64,000 bases of DNA, taken from Deltaproteobacteria bacterium. Its GTDB lineage: Bacteria; CG2-30-53-67. A program made the position numbers and the translations under genes. The notes below the pieces were generated by a model. That model did not search any database, was not told the DNA's origin, and was given only the letters and a program-made list of their open reading frames with translations. The DNA is taken from assembly GCA_013151235.1 (NCBI GenBank), contig JAADIO010000002.1:1-64000 (forward strand), given 5' to 3'. Shown piece by piece: positions 19,207 to 28,227 of the stretch. The first letter of the stretch is position 1. The number at the start of each line of letters is the position of its first letter.

Positions 19207-19764
19207 ATGGAAAAGGCCCACCTGAAAAAACAGCGTTATTTCATTGAAAGGGATCTTTTCTTTCAAACACTGACGCTTCTGCTCACGGTCCTGTTAGGCG
19301 GATTCCTTCTGTTGCTCCTTTCCAAGACGATCAGCGGCTATGTCGACTCCTCCATTCTTTTTTTAATGCTCTTTGCCGGCTATTTCCTCCTGATTATCTT
19401 CTTTTCCTGGTCCCTGTCGCGTAAATTCATCGGCCCGTTCAGCCGTCTGAAGGCGAACATGAAGGATATCTCCCAGGGAGATTTTACGCTCCGCCTCATG
19501 GTCCGGAAAGGAGATGACGTTCGGATTACGCACTTTGTCGAAGAGGCCAATCGCATGGTCATTTCATTCAATAATGCTATTGAAAAGATCAAGGACCCCT
19601 GCACGGAGCTAGACGCCCTTGCCGTTCAGATGATTCGGAAGCTTAAAACCGATAACGACATTCCGAAAGCGGAATGCCTGGAATTACTCCAGTCCCTGCA
19701 GGAACGGACAGCCGTCATCAAGGAGTCTGTCGGACGTTTCAAAACAGGCAAACGCTCGCTTTAG
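19207..19764 (+). CDS. Membrane protein with two TM helices, HAMP-like segment and short coiled coil
   Basis: Two hydrophobic spans, then SRKFIGPFSRL...M.DI..GDFT.RL..RKGD. Confidence 0.7.
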   Translation: MEKAHLKKQRYFIERDLFFQTLTLLLTVLLGGFLLLLLSKTISGYVDSSILFLMLFAGYFLLIIFFSWSLSRKFIGPFSRLKANMKDISQGDFTLRLMVRKGDDVRITHFVEEANRMVISFNNAIEKIKDPCTELDALAVQMIRKLKTDNDIPKAECLELLQSLQERTAVIKESVGRFKTGKRSL

Positions 19765-19905
19765 ACCCTCCCGAATGATTCGTCCCGGATCTTTTCTTAT
19801 CCCTTTTCAATCGATTTTGACAATCACTGCCATTTCGGATATTCTGCCGGTATCATTAGATGGACGGCGGACAACGCTTCCCATCCCTCTACCCGGCAGG
19901 CCGGC

Positions 19906-22900
19906 ATGGGCACAATCAAACATTTCCTTCAGGAAGGTCCCTCCCGGAAAAGATTCGAGGCCTTTCTCGCTCCTTTTCGCCTGCGGGGGACCCCTTCGGT
20001 TCGGAAAAACCTTGCTTCTTTACAGAAACTTTTAGCGCCCCACTGCGATCCGGAACGGTTTCTTTTGCGGGCCTTGCACTCCATCGGAGAAACGGCCGAC
20101 TCAGAACAGGCGCTCAATCAACTGGAACGTTTTTTCCACGCCCTCGACGATCCGGCAACGGTTCTCCCGCTGCTGACCGAAGGGCGCCCCGCACTCCATA
20201 CCCTTTGCACCCTCTTCGGCGCCAGCCCTTACCTTTCCGGGATCCTGATCCAGGAGCCCTCTCTTTTTGCCTGGTTGATGCAGGAGCGAATCTGGAGCGG
20301 TTCCGTCGATCGTGAGGCGCTGTTGGAAGAGATTCTCATGGCCTGCACCGAAATTGAACAAATCGAAGAGGCCTATCCGATCCTGCGACGGGTCAAACAA
20401 CGGGAGATCCTCCGGATCGGCGCAAAAGACCTGACGGGCTTTGCCGGGATTACCGAAACCATGGAAGGGTTGACGGCCCTCGCCGAGGCCTCCCTGGAGG
20501 CGGCCCGGCAGGTGGCGGACCGTTTCCTTAAAAAACGGTTCGGCACCCCGCAGATCATCGACCCGGACGGCAACCCGGGGGAATGCCCCTTTGCCATACT
20601 CGGGATGGGGAAACTCGGGGGGGAGGAACTGAATTTCAGCTCCGATATCGATCTCCTCTATCTGTACGAATCGGATCAGGGGGAGACAACGGGGATTCCC
20701 GACACCTCGGGGAGGGTTCAGGGAAAGATCGAGAACCATCTCTATTTCGCCCGTCTCTGTGAACGGATCACCGACATGATCCAGGCGAATACGGAAGATG
20801 GTTTTGTCTTCCGAGTCGATCTCCGTCTCCGGCCGGAAGGAGGCCAGGGCCCGGTCGCTTCCTCTCTGAGAAGCTACGAACTCTATTACGAATCCTTCGG
20901 GCAGACCTGGGAGCGGGCAGCCCACCTCAAGTGCCGGCCCGTCGCCGGCGATCTCGCCCTCGGGCGGAAGATGATCCGGCTTCTGCGCCCCTTCGTCTAC
21001 CGGAAATATCTCGACGACGGGGCTATTGCCGAAATACGGGAAATGAAGGGACGGATCCTGCAAAAACTCGCCCGGGGGCGTGCCCGGGAATTCAACGTTA
21101 AGCTCGGTCCGGGGGGGATCCGGTCAATCGAGTTTCTGATCCAGTCCCTGCAGCTTCTCTTCGGCGGAAAGATCCACTGGGTCCGGGAGCACAACTCACT
21201 GCGGGCCCTGCACCGTCTCTGCGACAAGGAGATCATTACCTATGACGATTATGCCGTTCTCTCCAAGGCCTACCTTTTTCTGCGGGACGTGGAACACAAA
21301 CTGCAAATCGAACACCAGCTTCAGACCCAGACGCTTCCGAAAGACCCCGCCGCTCTCGATTGTTTGGCATATCGCTGCGGTCTGAGCGGTGGCCGCGAAC
21401 TGATGGAAGAACTTTCGACCCACACCGCCCGAGTGGAAGCCCTCTTTGAAGAACTCTTTCGGCAAGAGGAGGAAGGAACGGAAAGTATCTCCCCTCTTCC
21501 GGCCATTGCCTCGGGGATTGCTGAGGGTGACGAGGCGGCTCGGGAGCTTGCGCACCTCGGCTTTGCCGATCCCCGGCGGGCGTTAAAGAATATTGAGATC
21601 CTCCGGGAGGGTCCTCCCTATCATCACAACTCCTCCCGTTGTCGTGCCGCCTTCCTTCAGCTCGCTCCCGCCCTGCTCCGGGAGGCCGGCACCTCACCCG
21701 ATCCCGACATGGCCCTAAACCACCTGGAGCGCTTTGCCTCGGGCTACCAGGCACGGGAAACCTTCTATGCGATCCTTGGGAAAAATTCCGAAGCCCTGCA
21801 CCGAATCATCGCTCTCTTCAGCATCAGCAGCTATCTTTCAAACCTGCTGATCCGTCATCCCGGAGCCATGGAGATCCTCCTCGGGGGCGACCTCCTGGAG
21901 CAGTGTGTCCTGAAGGATTCCTACTACCGGAGGATCATGGAAGAGGTGAAGCGCTCTTTGCCCGGTGGTCCGGTTCTTGATCTGATCCGGCGGTTCAAAC
22001 ATCTCGAAGAATTAAAGATCGGCCTTCGGGATATCCTGAGCGAACCGGATCTCCTTCAGACGGCCCATTCCCTGAGTGGCCTCGCCGATGCCTCCCTGGA
22101 GGCGGCGTACACCCTTGCATTCGAGGAACTGACGAAGGTCTTCGGTCCTCCCCGGGCAGAGGGAGGAGAACCGGCGGAACTTGCGATCTTCGGGGTGGGA
22201 AAGCTCGGCTCGCAGGAGCTGATCTACGGAGGAGACCTCGATCTCCTCTTCGCCTACACTGCCGAAGGGGAGACGGAAGGACCCGAACGAATTACCAACC
22301 GAGACTTCTTTACCCGTCTCGCCAGCCGGATCGTTTCTCTCCTCTCCACCCTCACGGGGGAAGGGGCCGCCTACCGGATCGACCTGCGTCTTCGTCCCCT
22401 CGGGGAAAGCGGCCCCCTAGTACAGTCGCTGGAGGGGTACCGGGGCTACTTTCACCGGAGCCTGATGCCCTGGGAACGACAGGCCCTGACGCGTATCCGC
22501 TTCTGCGCCGGCGGCAACCGATGCGGAAGGGCACTGATCGACGTCATCGAAACGACCCTCTTCGACACCGCTCCCCTGCCGGATCTGGCCGAATCGGTCC
22601 GCACCATGCGAAAAAAGATCGAGGCCGAAAAAAGCACTTCACGGCGCCGGGAAATCCATTTCAAGACCGGGGCCGGCGGATTGATCGATATCGAATTTCT
22701 TGTTCAGTATCTGACGCTCCGCTATGGTCATACAATAAAGGAACTCCGATTTGCACCTCCGCTCTCTGTTCTGGAGGTCTGCCGGAACCGGAGTCTGATT
22801 GGAGAGACCGATTATCAAGGGCTCAGAAAGGGTTATCTCTTTCTCCGGCGCCTTGAGGGGAGAGCCCGCATCCTCCAGGACCGCCCCATCACTTCCCTCT

Positions 22901-23067
22901 CTTCCGATCCCGGTATGAACCGGGCACTGGCCCTCCGGATGGGCTATCCGGTCCGTGGAGAAGACCCGGGCACGGCCCTTCTCCGTGATCTGAAGATCAC
23001 GACACAAAGGACACGGAAGATTTTCGAACGGATCCTGAGCAACCAAAAAGCCCCCGGACTCACCTGA
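19906..23067 (+). CDS. glnE: Bifunctional glutamine synthetase adenylyltransferase/adenylyl-removing enzyme
   Basis: Two NT domains: GMGKLGGEELNFSSDIDL...RVDLRLRPEG and GVGKLGSQELIYGGDLDL...RIDLRLRP.G; KLGPGGIR.IEF. Confidence 0.95.
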   Translation: MGTIKHFLQEGPSRKRFEAFLAPFRLRGTPSVRKNLASLQKLLAPHCDPERFLLRALHSIGETADSEQALNQLERFFHALDDPATVLPLLTEGRPALHTLCTLFGASPYLSGILIQEPSLFAWLMQERIWSGSVDREALLEEILMACTEIEQIEEAYPILRRVKQREILRIGAKDLTGFAGITETMEGLTALAEASLEAARQVADRFLKKRFGTPQIIDPDGNPGECPFAILGMGKLGGEELNFSSDIDLLYLYESDQGETTGIPDTSGRVQGKIENHLYFARLCERITDMIQANTEDGFVFRVDLRLRPEGGQGPVASSLRSYELYYESFGQTWERAAHLKCRPVAGDLALGRKMIRLLRPFVYRKYLDDGAIAEIREMKGRILQKLARGRAREFNVKLGPGGIRSIEFLIQSLQLLFGGKIHWVREHNSLRALHRLCDKEIITYDDYAVLSKAYLFLRDVEHKLQIEHQLQTQTLPKDPAALDCLAYRCGLSGGRELMEELSTHTARVEALFEELFRQEEEGTESISPLPAIASGIAEGDEAARELAHLGFADPRRALKNIEILREGPPYHHNSSRCRAAFLQLAPALLREAGTSPDPDMALNHLERFASGYQARETFYAILGKNSEALHRIIALFSISSYLSNLLIRHPGAMEILLGGDLLEQCVLKDSYYRRIMEEVKRSLPGGPVLDLIRRFKHLEELKIGLRDILSEPDLLQTAHSLSGLADASLEAAYTLAFEELTKVFGPPRAEGGEPAELAIFGVGKLGSQELIYGGDLDLLFAYTAEGETEGPERITNRDFFTRLASRIVSLLSTLTGEGAAYRIDLRLRPLGESGPLVQSLEGYRGYFHRSLMPWERQALTRIRFCAGGNRCGRALIDVIETTLFDTAPLPDLAESVRTMRKKIEAEKSTSRRREIHFKTGAGGLIDIEFLVQYLTLRYGHTIKELRFAPPLSVLEVCRNRSLIGETDYQGLRKGYLFLRRLEGRARILQDRPITSLSSDPGMNRALALRMGYPVRGEDPGTALLRDLKITTQRTRKIFERILSNQKAPGLT

Positions 23068-23163
23068 AAACAGAAATTCCCCCAAAAACAGCCATTCTGC
23101 AGGTCTACCTTTTTGAAAAGAAGAAGGAAGCTCGTTTTATAACGTATCCGGGAGGAGGTATCA

Positions 23164-23244
23164 ATGAAATATAGCGACGTTGTCGGTAGATTACGAGACC
23201 AAATTGCAAGATTTCCGGAGGAACTTTCATCTTTTTTGCCTTGA
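23164..23244 (+). pseudogene. 26-aa ORF with strong RBS; possible N-terminal remnant of an IS transposase or a small protein
   Basis: GGAGGAGG-N5-ATG, MKYSDVVGRLRDQIARFPEELSSFLP*; the stop overlaps the TTGACA of the next promoter. Confidence 0.4.
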
Positions 23245-23379
23245 CATTGAATATCCCCTATGCTATCAACAAAACTTTGTTTTGGAGTAACTGCTCAGGC
23301 CTCATCTCCTTTTTACCCGGTGTCTCATGCGGTTTGGCATCGGCGAATACTCAGCCAGCTTGCGGAGGAAGGATCTACC

Positions 23380-24528
23380 ATGAAAAAACGTTATCTCCTG
23401 GCCCCCGGGCCGACACCCGTACCGCCGGAAGCACTGTCGGCCATGTCGGAACCGATTATTCACCATCGCTCACCGGAATTTTCCGTGATTATGAAAGAGG
23501 TTCTTGAGGGGTTGAAGTGGCTCTTCCAGACGGACAACACGGTAATGCTCCTCACCGCATCGGGAACGGGCGGCATGGACGCCGCCGTGAGCAATTTCCT
23601 CTCCCCCGGTGATAAGGCGATCTGTGTGCGGGGTGGAAAATTCGGTGAACGCTGGGCCGAGATCTGCGAGGCCTACGGCATTACTCCCATCAACATCGAC
23701 GTCCCTTGGGGCGCCTCGGTCAAACCGGAGGCCATTGAAGAAGCCCTGGAAAGGGACCCTTCCATTAAGGCCGTTTATGTTCAGGCAAGCGAAACCTGTT
23801 CCGCCTCGGTCCATCCGATCAAAGAGATCGGAGAGATCGTTCGGAAGCACGACGACACAATTCTGGTCGTTGATGCCATTACGGCCATCGGCGTTATGGA
23901 CCTCCCTGTAGACGCCTGGGGCGTGGATATTTGCATCACCGGTTCACAGAAGGCCCTCATGCTCCCCCCCGGCACCGCGTTCATCAGTGTCAGCGACAAG
24001 GCCTGGGGATTCAATGAAACCGCAAAATGTCCTCGCTTCTACTTCAACCTGAAAAAGGAGCACGCCAAGGCCGAGGCGGGACAGACGAATTTCACCAGCC
24101 CCGTCGCCATGATCATCGGCCTGAAAAAAGTTCTGGAGATGATGCGGGCGGAGGGATTGCAGAACATCTTTGCCCGTCATGCCCGACTGGCGGACGCAAC
24201 CCGGACAGCGCTGAAAACATTGGGATTGGAACTACTGGCCACCGGCATCCCGAGCAATGCCGTCACCGGCGCTTATCTTCCGGACGGGATCGACGGCGGC
24301 GCATTCAACAAGAAACTCCGTGAAGAATACGGCGTCACCATAGCCGGAGGCCAGGCACAACTCAAGGGAAAGATCTTTCGCGTCGCCCATCTCGGCTATG
24401 CCGATACGATGGACGTCATCACCGCCATCGCGGCCATTGAGCGGGGGCTCCATGCCTTCGGGTATGATTTCGAACTCGGTTCCGGTGTACGGACAGCGGA
24501 AGAAGTCCTTTACGGGAAAACGCAATAG
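23380..24528 (+). CDS. Class V aminotransferase (alanine-glyoxylate/serine-pyruvate family; probable phosphoserine aminotransferase role)
   Basis: LLAPGPTPVP, HHRS.EF, SGTGGM, VVDAI, TGSQKALMLPPG; directly upstream of serA. Confidence 0.9.
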   Translation: MKKRYLLAPGPTPVPPEALSAMSEPIIHHRSPEFSVIMKEVLEGLKWLFQTDNTVMLLTASGTGGMDAAVSNFLSPGDKAICVRGGKFGERWAEICEAYGITPINIDVPWGASVKPEAIEEALERDPSIKAVYVQASETCSASVHPIKEIGEIVRKHDDTILVVDAITAIGVMDLPVDAWGVDICITGSQKALMLPPGTAFISVSDKAWGFNETAKCPRFYFNLKKEHAKAEAGQTNFTSPVAMIIGLKKVLEMMRAEGLQNIFARHARLADATRTALKTLGLELLATGIPSNAVTGAYLPDGIDGGAFNKKLREEYGVTIAGGQAQLKGKIFRVAHLGYADTMDVITAIAAIERGLHAFGYDFELGSGVRTAEEVLYGKTQ

Positions 24529-24568
24529 TCGATTCCAACATGCATGAAATTCAAAAAGGAAAAGGATA

Positions 24569-26140
24569 ATGAAAATCCTGATCAGTGACAATCTGGCCGC
24601 CGAAGGTATGAAAATTTTCGAGGAGGCCGGTTTTGAGGTCGATGCCCGAACCTCCACCCCGGCCGATGAGATCCTGAAGATTATCGGGGAATACGACGGT
24701 CTGGTCATCCGGAGCGCCACAAAGATTACGCCGGAACTGCTGGAGAAGGCGACCCGCCTGAAGGTCATCGGACGCGCCGGTGCCGGGCTCGATAACGTCG
24801 ATATCCCGGCCGCCAGCCAAAAGGGGGTCGTCGTTATGAACACCCCCGGCGGCAACACGGTGACCACCGCAGAACATACCGTGGCCATGATCATGTCCCT
24901 CTGCCGGAATATTCCCCAAGCCACGGCCAGCCTTAAGGCCAATAAATGGGAGAAGAAGAAATTCACCGGCACGGAACTGATGGGGAAAACTCTCGGCATC
25001 ATCGGTCTCGGGAACATCGGGAAAAACGTGGCAAAGCGTGCCCGGGGGCTCGAGATGAAGGTGGTCGGCTACGACCCCTACATGACGGAGGAGATGGCCC
25101 GCTCCCTCGGTGTACGCCTCGTCTCCCTGGACGAGATCTATGCCGAATCGGATATCATTACAGTCCACACACCGATGACACCGGAGACGAAACACCTGAT
25201 CAACCGAGATACCATCGCGAAGATGAAAGACGGCGTCCGGCTCGTCAACTGCGCCAGGGGAGGGATCATCAAGGAAACCGATCTGCTCGAGGCGCTGCAA
25301 AGCGGGAAGGTCACGGCGGCGGCGCTGGATGTATTCGAAACGGAACCGCCCGTCGACAATCCGCTTCTTGCCCTCGATAACGTCATCGCGACCCCGCATC
25401 TCGGCGCATCCACGAGCGAGGCCCAGGTCAACGTGGCCGTGATGGTTGCCAGCCAGATGGTTGAATACCTGACCACCGGCGTCGCGAAGAACGCCCGAAA
25501 CATGGCTGCCGTTTCGCCCGAGGAGATGGAGAAAATCCAGCCCTACATCTCGCTGGGGGAAAAACTGGGATCCTTCTTGGGCCAGGTCGCCGACGGGCGG
25601 GCCGACCGGGTGACCATGGAATACTTCGGTGATGCCGCCGATTTGAACAGCGAACCGGTTACCACGGCAATCCTCAAGGGTTTTCTCTCCAATTTTGCCG
25701 ACGTCAATTATGTAAGCGCCCCTTACCTTGCAAAAGAGCGGGGAATCAAGACCTCCGAAGTGAAGTCGAATGAAAGTCCCAACTTCAAGAACAAGATCAC
25801 AATTAGCGTGGAAGGAAAATATGGGAAGAACTCCATCTCCGGGACCCTGTTCAACAACCGGGACCCGCGCATCGTCATGGTCGATGGGATGACGCTGGAG
25901 GCCGTCCCCGAAGGAGAGATGCTCATCTTTCGCAACCACGACAAGCCGGGGGTGATCGGTAGTGTGGGCCGGGCGCTTGCCGATGCAAAGATCAACATCG
26001 CCCGGATGCAGTTTGGTCGGGAAGAACCGGGCGGCAAGGCGATCTCCATCGTCAATGTTGACAGCCCCGTCGATGCGGAACTTCTGGACAAACTGGCGGT
26101 CCTGCCCAATGTCGTCGATGTTCGGGTTGCACGCCTGTAA
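24569..26140 (+). CDS. serA: D-3-phosphoglycerate dehydrogenase with ACT domain
   Basis: GRAGAGLDNVD, GLGNIG, NCARGG, ALDVFE.EP, TPHLGAST.EAQ, DKPGVIG. Confidence 0.96.
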   Translation: MKILISDNLAAEGMKIFEEAGFEVDARTSTPADEILKIIGEYDGLVIRSATKITPELLEKATRLKVIGRAGAGLDNVDIPAASQKGVVVMNTPGGNTVTTAEHTVAMIMSLCRNIPQATASLKANKWEKKKFTGTELMGKTLGIIGLGNIGKNVAKRARGLEMKVVGYDPYMTEEMARSLGVRLVSLDEIYAESDIITVHTPMTPETKHLINRDTIAKMKDGVRLVNCARGGIIKETDLLEALQSGKVTAAALDVFETEPPVDNPLLALDNVIATPHLGASTSEAQVNVAVMVASQMVEYLTTGVAKNARNMAAVSPEEMEKIQPYISLGEKLGSFLGQVADGRADRVTMEYFGDAADLNSEPVTTAILKGFLSNFADVNYVSAPYLAKERGIKTSEVKSNESPNFKNKITISVEGKYGKNSISGTLFNNRDPRIVMVDGMTLEAVPEGEMLIFRNHDKPGVIGSVGRALADAKINIARMQFGREEPGGKAISIVNVDSPVDAELLDKLAVLPNVVDVRVARL

Positions 26141-26269
26141 TCCCCCGACAGAGCAAAATTTTCATCCGCACCGAAGTATCGGAAATCAGCGACATCTTCT
26201 TGTTCCTCGGCAGAATGGAATAAGGAGTGTAATCGTCGTGTGCGTCAGACACCCTGAAAGGAGTCATTG

Positions 26270-27565
26270 GTGGCAACCTTAGTTGTAGTCGGCAGTCAGT
26301 GGGGAGACGAAGGAAAAGGAAAAATCGTAGATCTTCTCACGGAAGATGCGGCGCTGGTCGCCCGTTTCCAGGGGGGACACAATGCCGGACACACCGTCGT
26401 CATCGGCGACGAGGAACATATTCTCCACCTGATCCCTTCGGGGATTCTCCATCCGGACAAAGCCTGCGCCATTGGAAATGGCGTGGTCATTAATCCGGCG
26501 GCATTGATCGAAGAGGTCAAAAAACTGGAAGAAAAAGGATGCACCGTAGACGGACGCTTCCACGTCAGCAAGAACGCCCACCTGATCATGCCCTACCATA
26601 TGGCACTGGAGATCGGCAATGAAAAGGCCCTGGGAACGGCACGGATCGGGACCACCGGACGGGGGATCGGCCCCGCCTACACCGACAAGATGGCCCGGTG
26701 CGGCATGCGCGTCTCCGATCTGCTCCATCCGGACCTCTTCCGGGAGAAGCTGAAGACAAATCTTGAATATTACAATTTCCTGATCCAAAAGAAATTCGGG
26801 GACAAAGGGCTGGAAGAGGGGCCGATCTTTGAAAACTACATGGGCTACGCCGAGCGGATCCGGGGATGGGCCGACGATGTCTCGTTGCGGCTTCGGGAGT
26901 CGATGAAGCGGGGAGAAAATATCCTGTGTGAAGGAGCACAGGGGACCCATCTCGACATCGATCACGGGACCTATCCCTTTGTGACCTCTTCCAATCCCAC
27001 GGCCGGCGGAGCCTGTACGGGACTCGGTTTCGGACCTACCGAGGTGGACCATGTCCTCGCGATCGTCAAGGCCTATACAACCCGTGTCGGCAGCGGTCCC
27101 TTCCCGACGGAACAGGAGGGAACATCCGGAGAAGAGTTCCGGCGTGTCGGTCGGGAATTCGGGGCATCCACCGGACGGCCAAGACGATGCGGCTGGTTTG
27201 ACGCTCTCCTGGTCCGTTATTCCGTCCGAATCAACTCGTTGACCTCCGGCGCCCTGACCAAACTTGATGTTTTGGACGGTTTTGATCCGATCCGCATCTG
27301 TACCGGATACAAATACAAAAACTCCCTCCTGACGGAATTTCCTACAGAGCTTTCCGTTCTGGAGGAGTGCAAACCCGTGTACGAAGAACTCCCCGGATGG
27401 AAGAAAAATACGATCGGCACAAAATTCATCACCGACCTGCCCGTCCGGGCCCGGGAGTATATCCGGAGACTGGAGGATCTCATTGAGATTCCCTTCTCCA
27501 TCGTCTCCACCGGCCCGAAGCGGGAGGAGACCATCATGATGAACAATCCCTACCGGCAGGGTTGA
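26270..27565 (+). CDS. purA: Adenylosuccinate synthase
   Basis: QWGDEGKGK, GGHNAGHT, IGTTGRGIGPAY.DK, EGAQG, TGRPRRCGW. Confidence 0.98.
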   Translation: MATLVVVGSQWGDEGKGKIVDLLTEDAALVARFQGGHNAGHTVVIGDEEHILHLIPSGILHPDKACAIGNGVVINPAALIEEVKKLEEKGCTVDGRFHVSKNAHLIMPYHMALEIGNEKALGTARIGTTGRGIGPAYTDKMARCGMRVSDLLHPDLFREKLKTNLEYYNFLIQKKFGDKGLEEGPIFENYMGYAERIRGWADDVSLRLRESMKRGENILCEGAQGTHLDIDHGTYPFVTSSNPTAGGACTGLGFGPTEVDHVLAIVKAYTTRVGSGPFPTEQEGTSGEEFRRVGREFGASTGRPRRCGWFDALLVRYSVRINSLTSGALTKLDVLDGFDPIRICTGYKYKNSLLTEFPTELSVLEECKPVYEELPGWKKNTIGTKFITDLPVRAREYIRRLEDLIEIPFSIVSTGPKREETIMMNNPYRQG

Positions 27566-27603
27566 AGAAAGACAAGAGCAAGATTTCCGGAATTCATTTT
27601 TTA

Positions 27604-27632
27604 TTGACAAACATTTCCGGATTTTGTATAGT
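27604..27632 (+). promoter_or_regulatory. Sigma-70 promoter of the tRNA operon
   Basis: TTGACA-17 bp-TATAGT with AT-rich upstream element. Confidence 0.8.
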
Positions 27633-27672
27633 TTTCAACTCTTGACCAGGGCGGATTGTTCCGCCTGATTAA

Positions 27673-27748
27673 GGGCCGTTAGCTCAGTTGGCAGAGCACC
27701 GCCCTTTTAAGGCGGGTGTCGTTGGTTCGAGCCCAACACGGCTCACCA
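27673..27748 (+). tRNA. tRNA-Lys(UUU)
   Basis: 76-nt cloverleaf; anticodon arm CCGCC-CTTTTAA-GGCGG; GTTCGA T-loop; encoded CCA. Confidence 0.95.
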
Positions 27749-27756
27749 GAACAAAC

Positions 27757-27780
27757 GGGGAATTGAAAGAATTCCTTTTT
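27757..27780 (+). terminator. Weak terminator-like hairpin inside the tRNA operon
   Basis: GGGAATT-gaaag-AATTCCT followed by T tract. Confidence 0.45.
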
Positions 27781-27791
27781 CATACAAGACG

Positions 27792-27869
27792 GTCCCCATC
27801 GTCTAGCCTGGCCCAGGACACCGCCCTTTCACGGCGGCGACGGGGGTTCAAATCCCCCTGGGGACACCA
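27792..27869 (+). tRNA. tRNA-Glu(UUC)
   Basis: Cloverleaf; CCGCC-CTTTCAC-GGCGG; GTTCAAATC; CCA. Confidence 0.95.
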
Positions 27870-27881
27870 TTATGGCTTTAT

Positions 27882-27948
27882 GGGCGGGTAGCTCAGTTGG
27901 GAGAGCATCCCGGTTTGCAAACGGGAGGGTCATTGTATCTGTCCTGCT
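27882..27948 (+). pseudogene. tRNA-Val-derived tRNA-like element: remodelled anticodon arm, no T-arm
   Basis: First 28 nt identical to the downstream tRNA-Val; anticodon arm TCCCG-GTTTGCAAA-CGGGA; then GGGTCA; no TTCGA loop and no CCA. Confidence 0.75.
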
Positions 27949-27967
27949 GAGTCGGCAATAACATCGT

Positions 27968-28043
27968 GGGCGGGTAGCTCAGTTGGGAGAGCATCGGCCT
28001 TACAAGCCGAGGGTCACAGGTTCGAGCCCTGTTCCGCCTACCA
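27968..28043 (+). tRNA. tRNA-Val(UAC)
   Basis: 76-nt cloverleaf; TCGGC-CTTACAA-GCCGA; CCA. Confidence 0.96.
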
Positions 28044-28063
28044 TAAAAATTTAAAAACACCTG

Positions 28064-28227
28064 AGAGCAGCTTTTCTGGGGGGGCGGTAGTTGACGATTT
28101 CCGGAAGTTCCTTCCGCAAATCGTCGAAATGAAAGGAAAGACATTCATCTCCTCTGCATTTCACAAAAACAGCGAAATACAGAGGGTGCATTTTCAGTTG
28201 GTCAGAATGCCGGCCTGTCACGCCGGA
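28064..28227 (+). pseudogene. Interrupted 5' copy of tRNA-Asp with ~100-nt structured insertion in the D-stem
   Basis: Leader + GGGGCGGTAGTT (28081-28092), insert 28093-28194, then CAGTTGGTCAGAATGCCGGCCTGTCACGCCGGA (28195-28227); 3' half absent. Confidence 0.8.

Noticed and set aside
23281-23375. Glycine or yybP-ykoY riboswitch
   Set aside because: Only short fragments (CTCAGG, GAGTA/TACTC) resemble these; the core consensus elements are missing
26279-27610. Long antisense ORFs (also 24551-25939, 29358-30734, 42152-43501, 60407-61846)
   Set aside because: Shadow frames opposite well-conserved genes in GC-rich DNA, with no recognisable motifs
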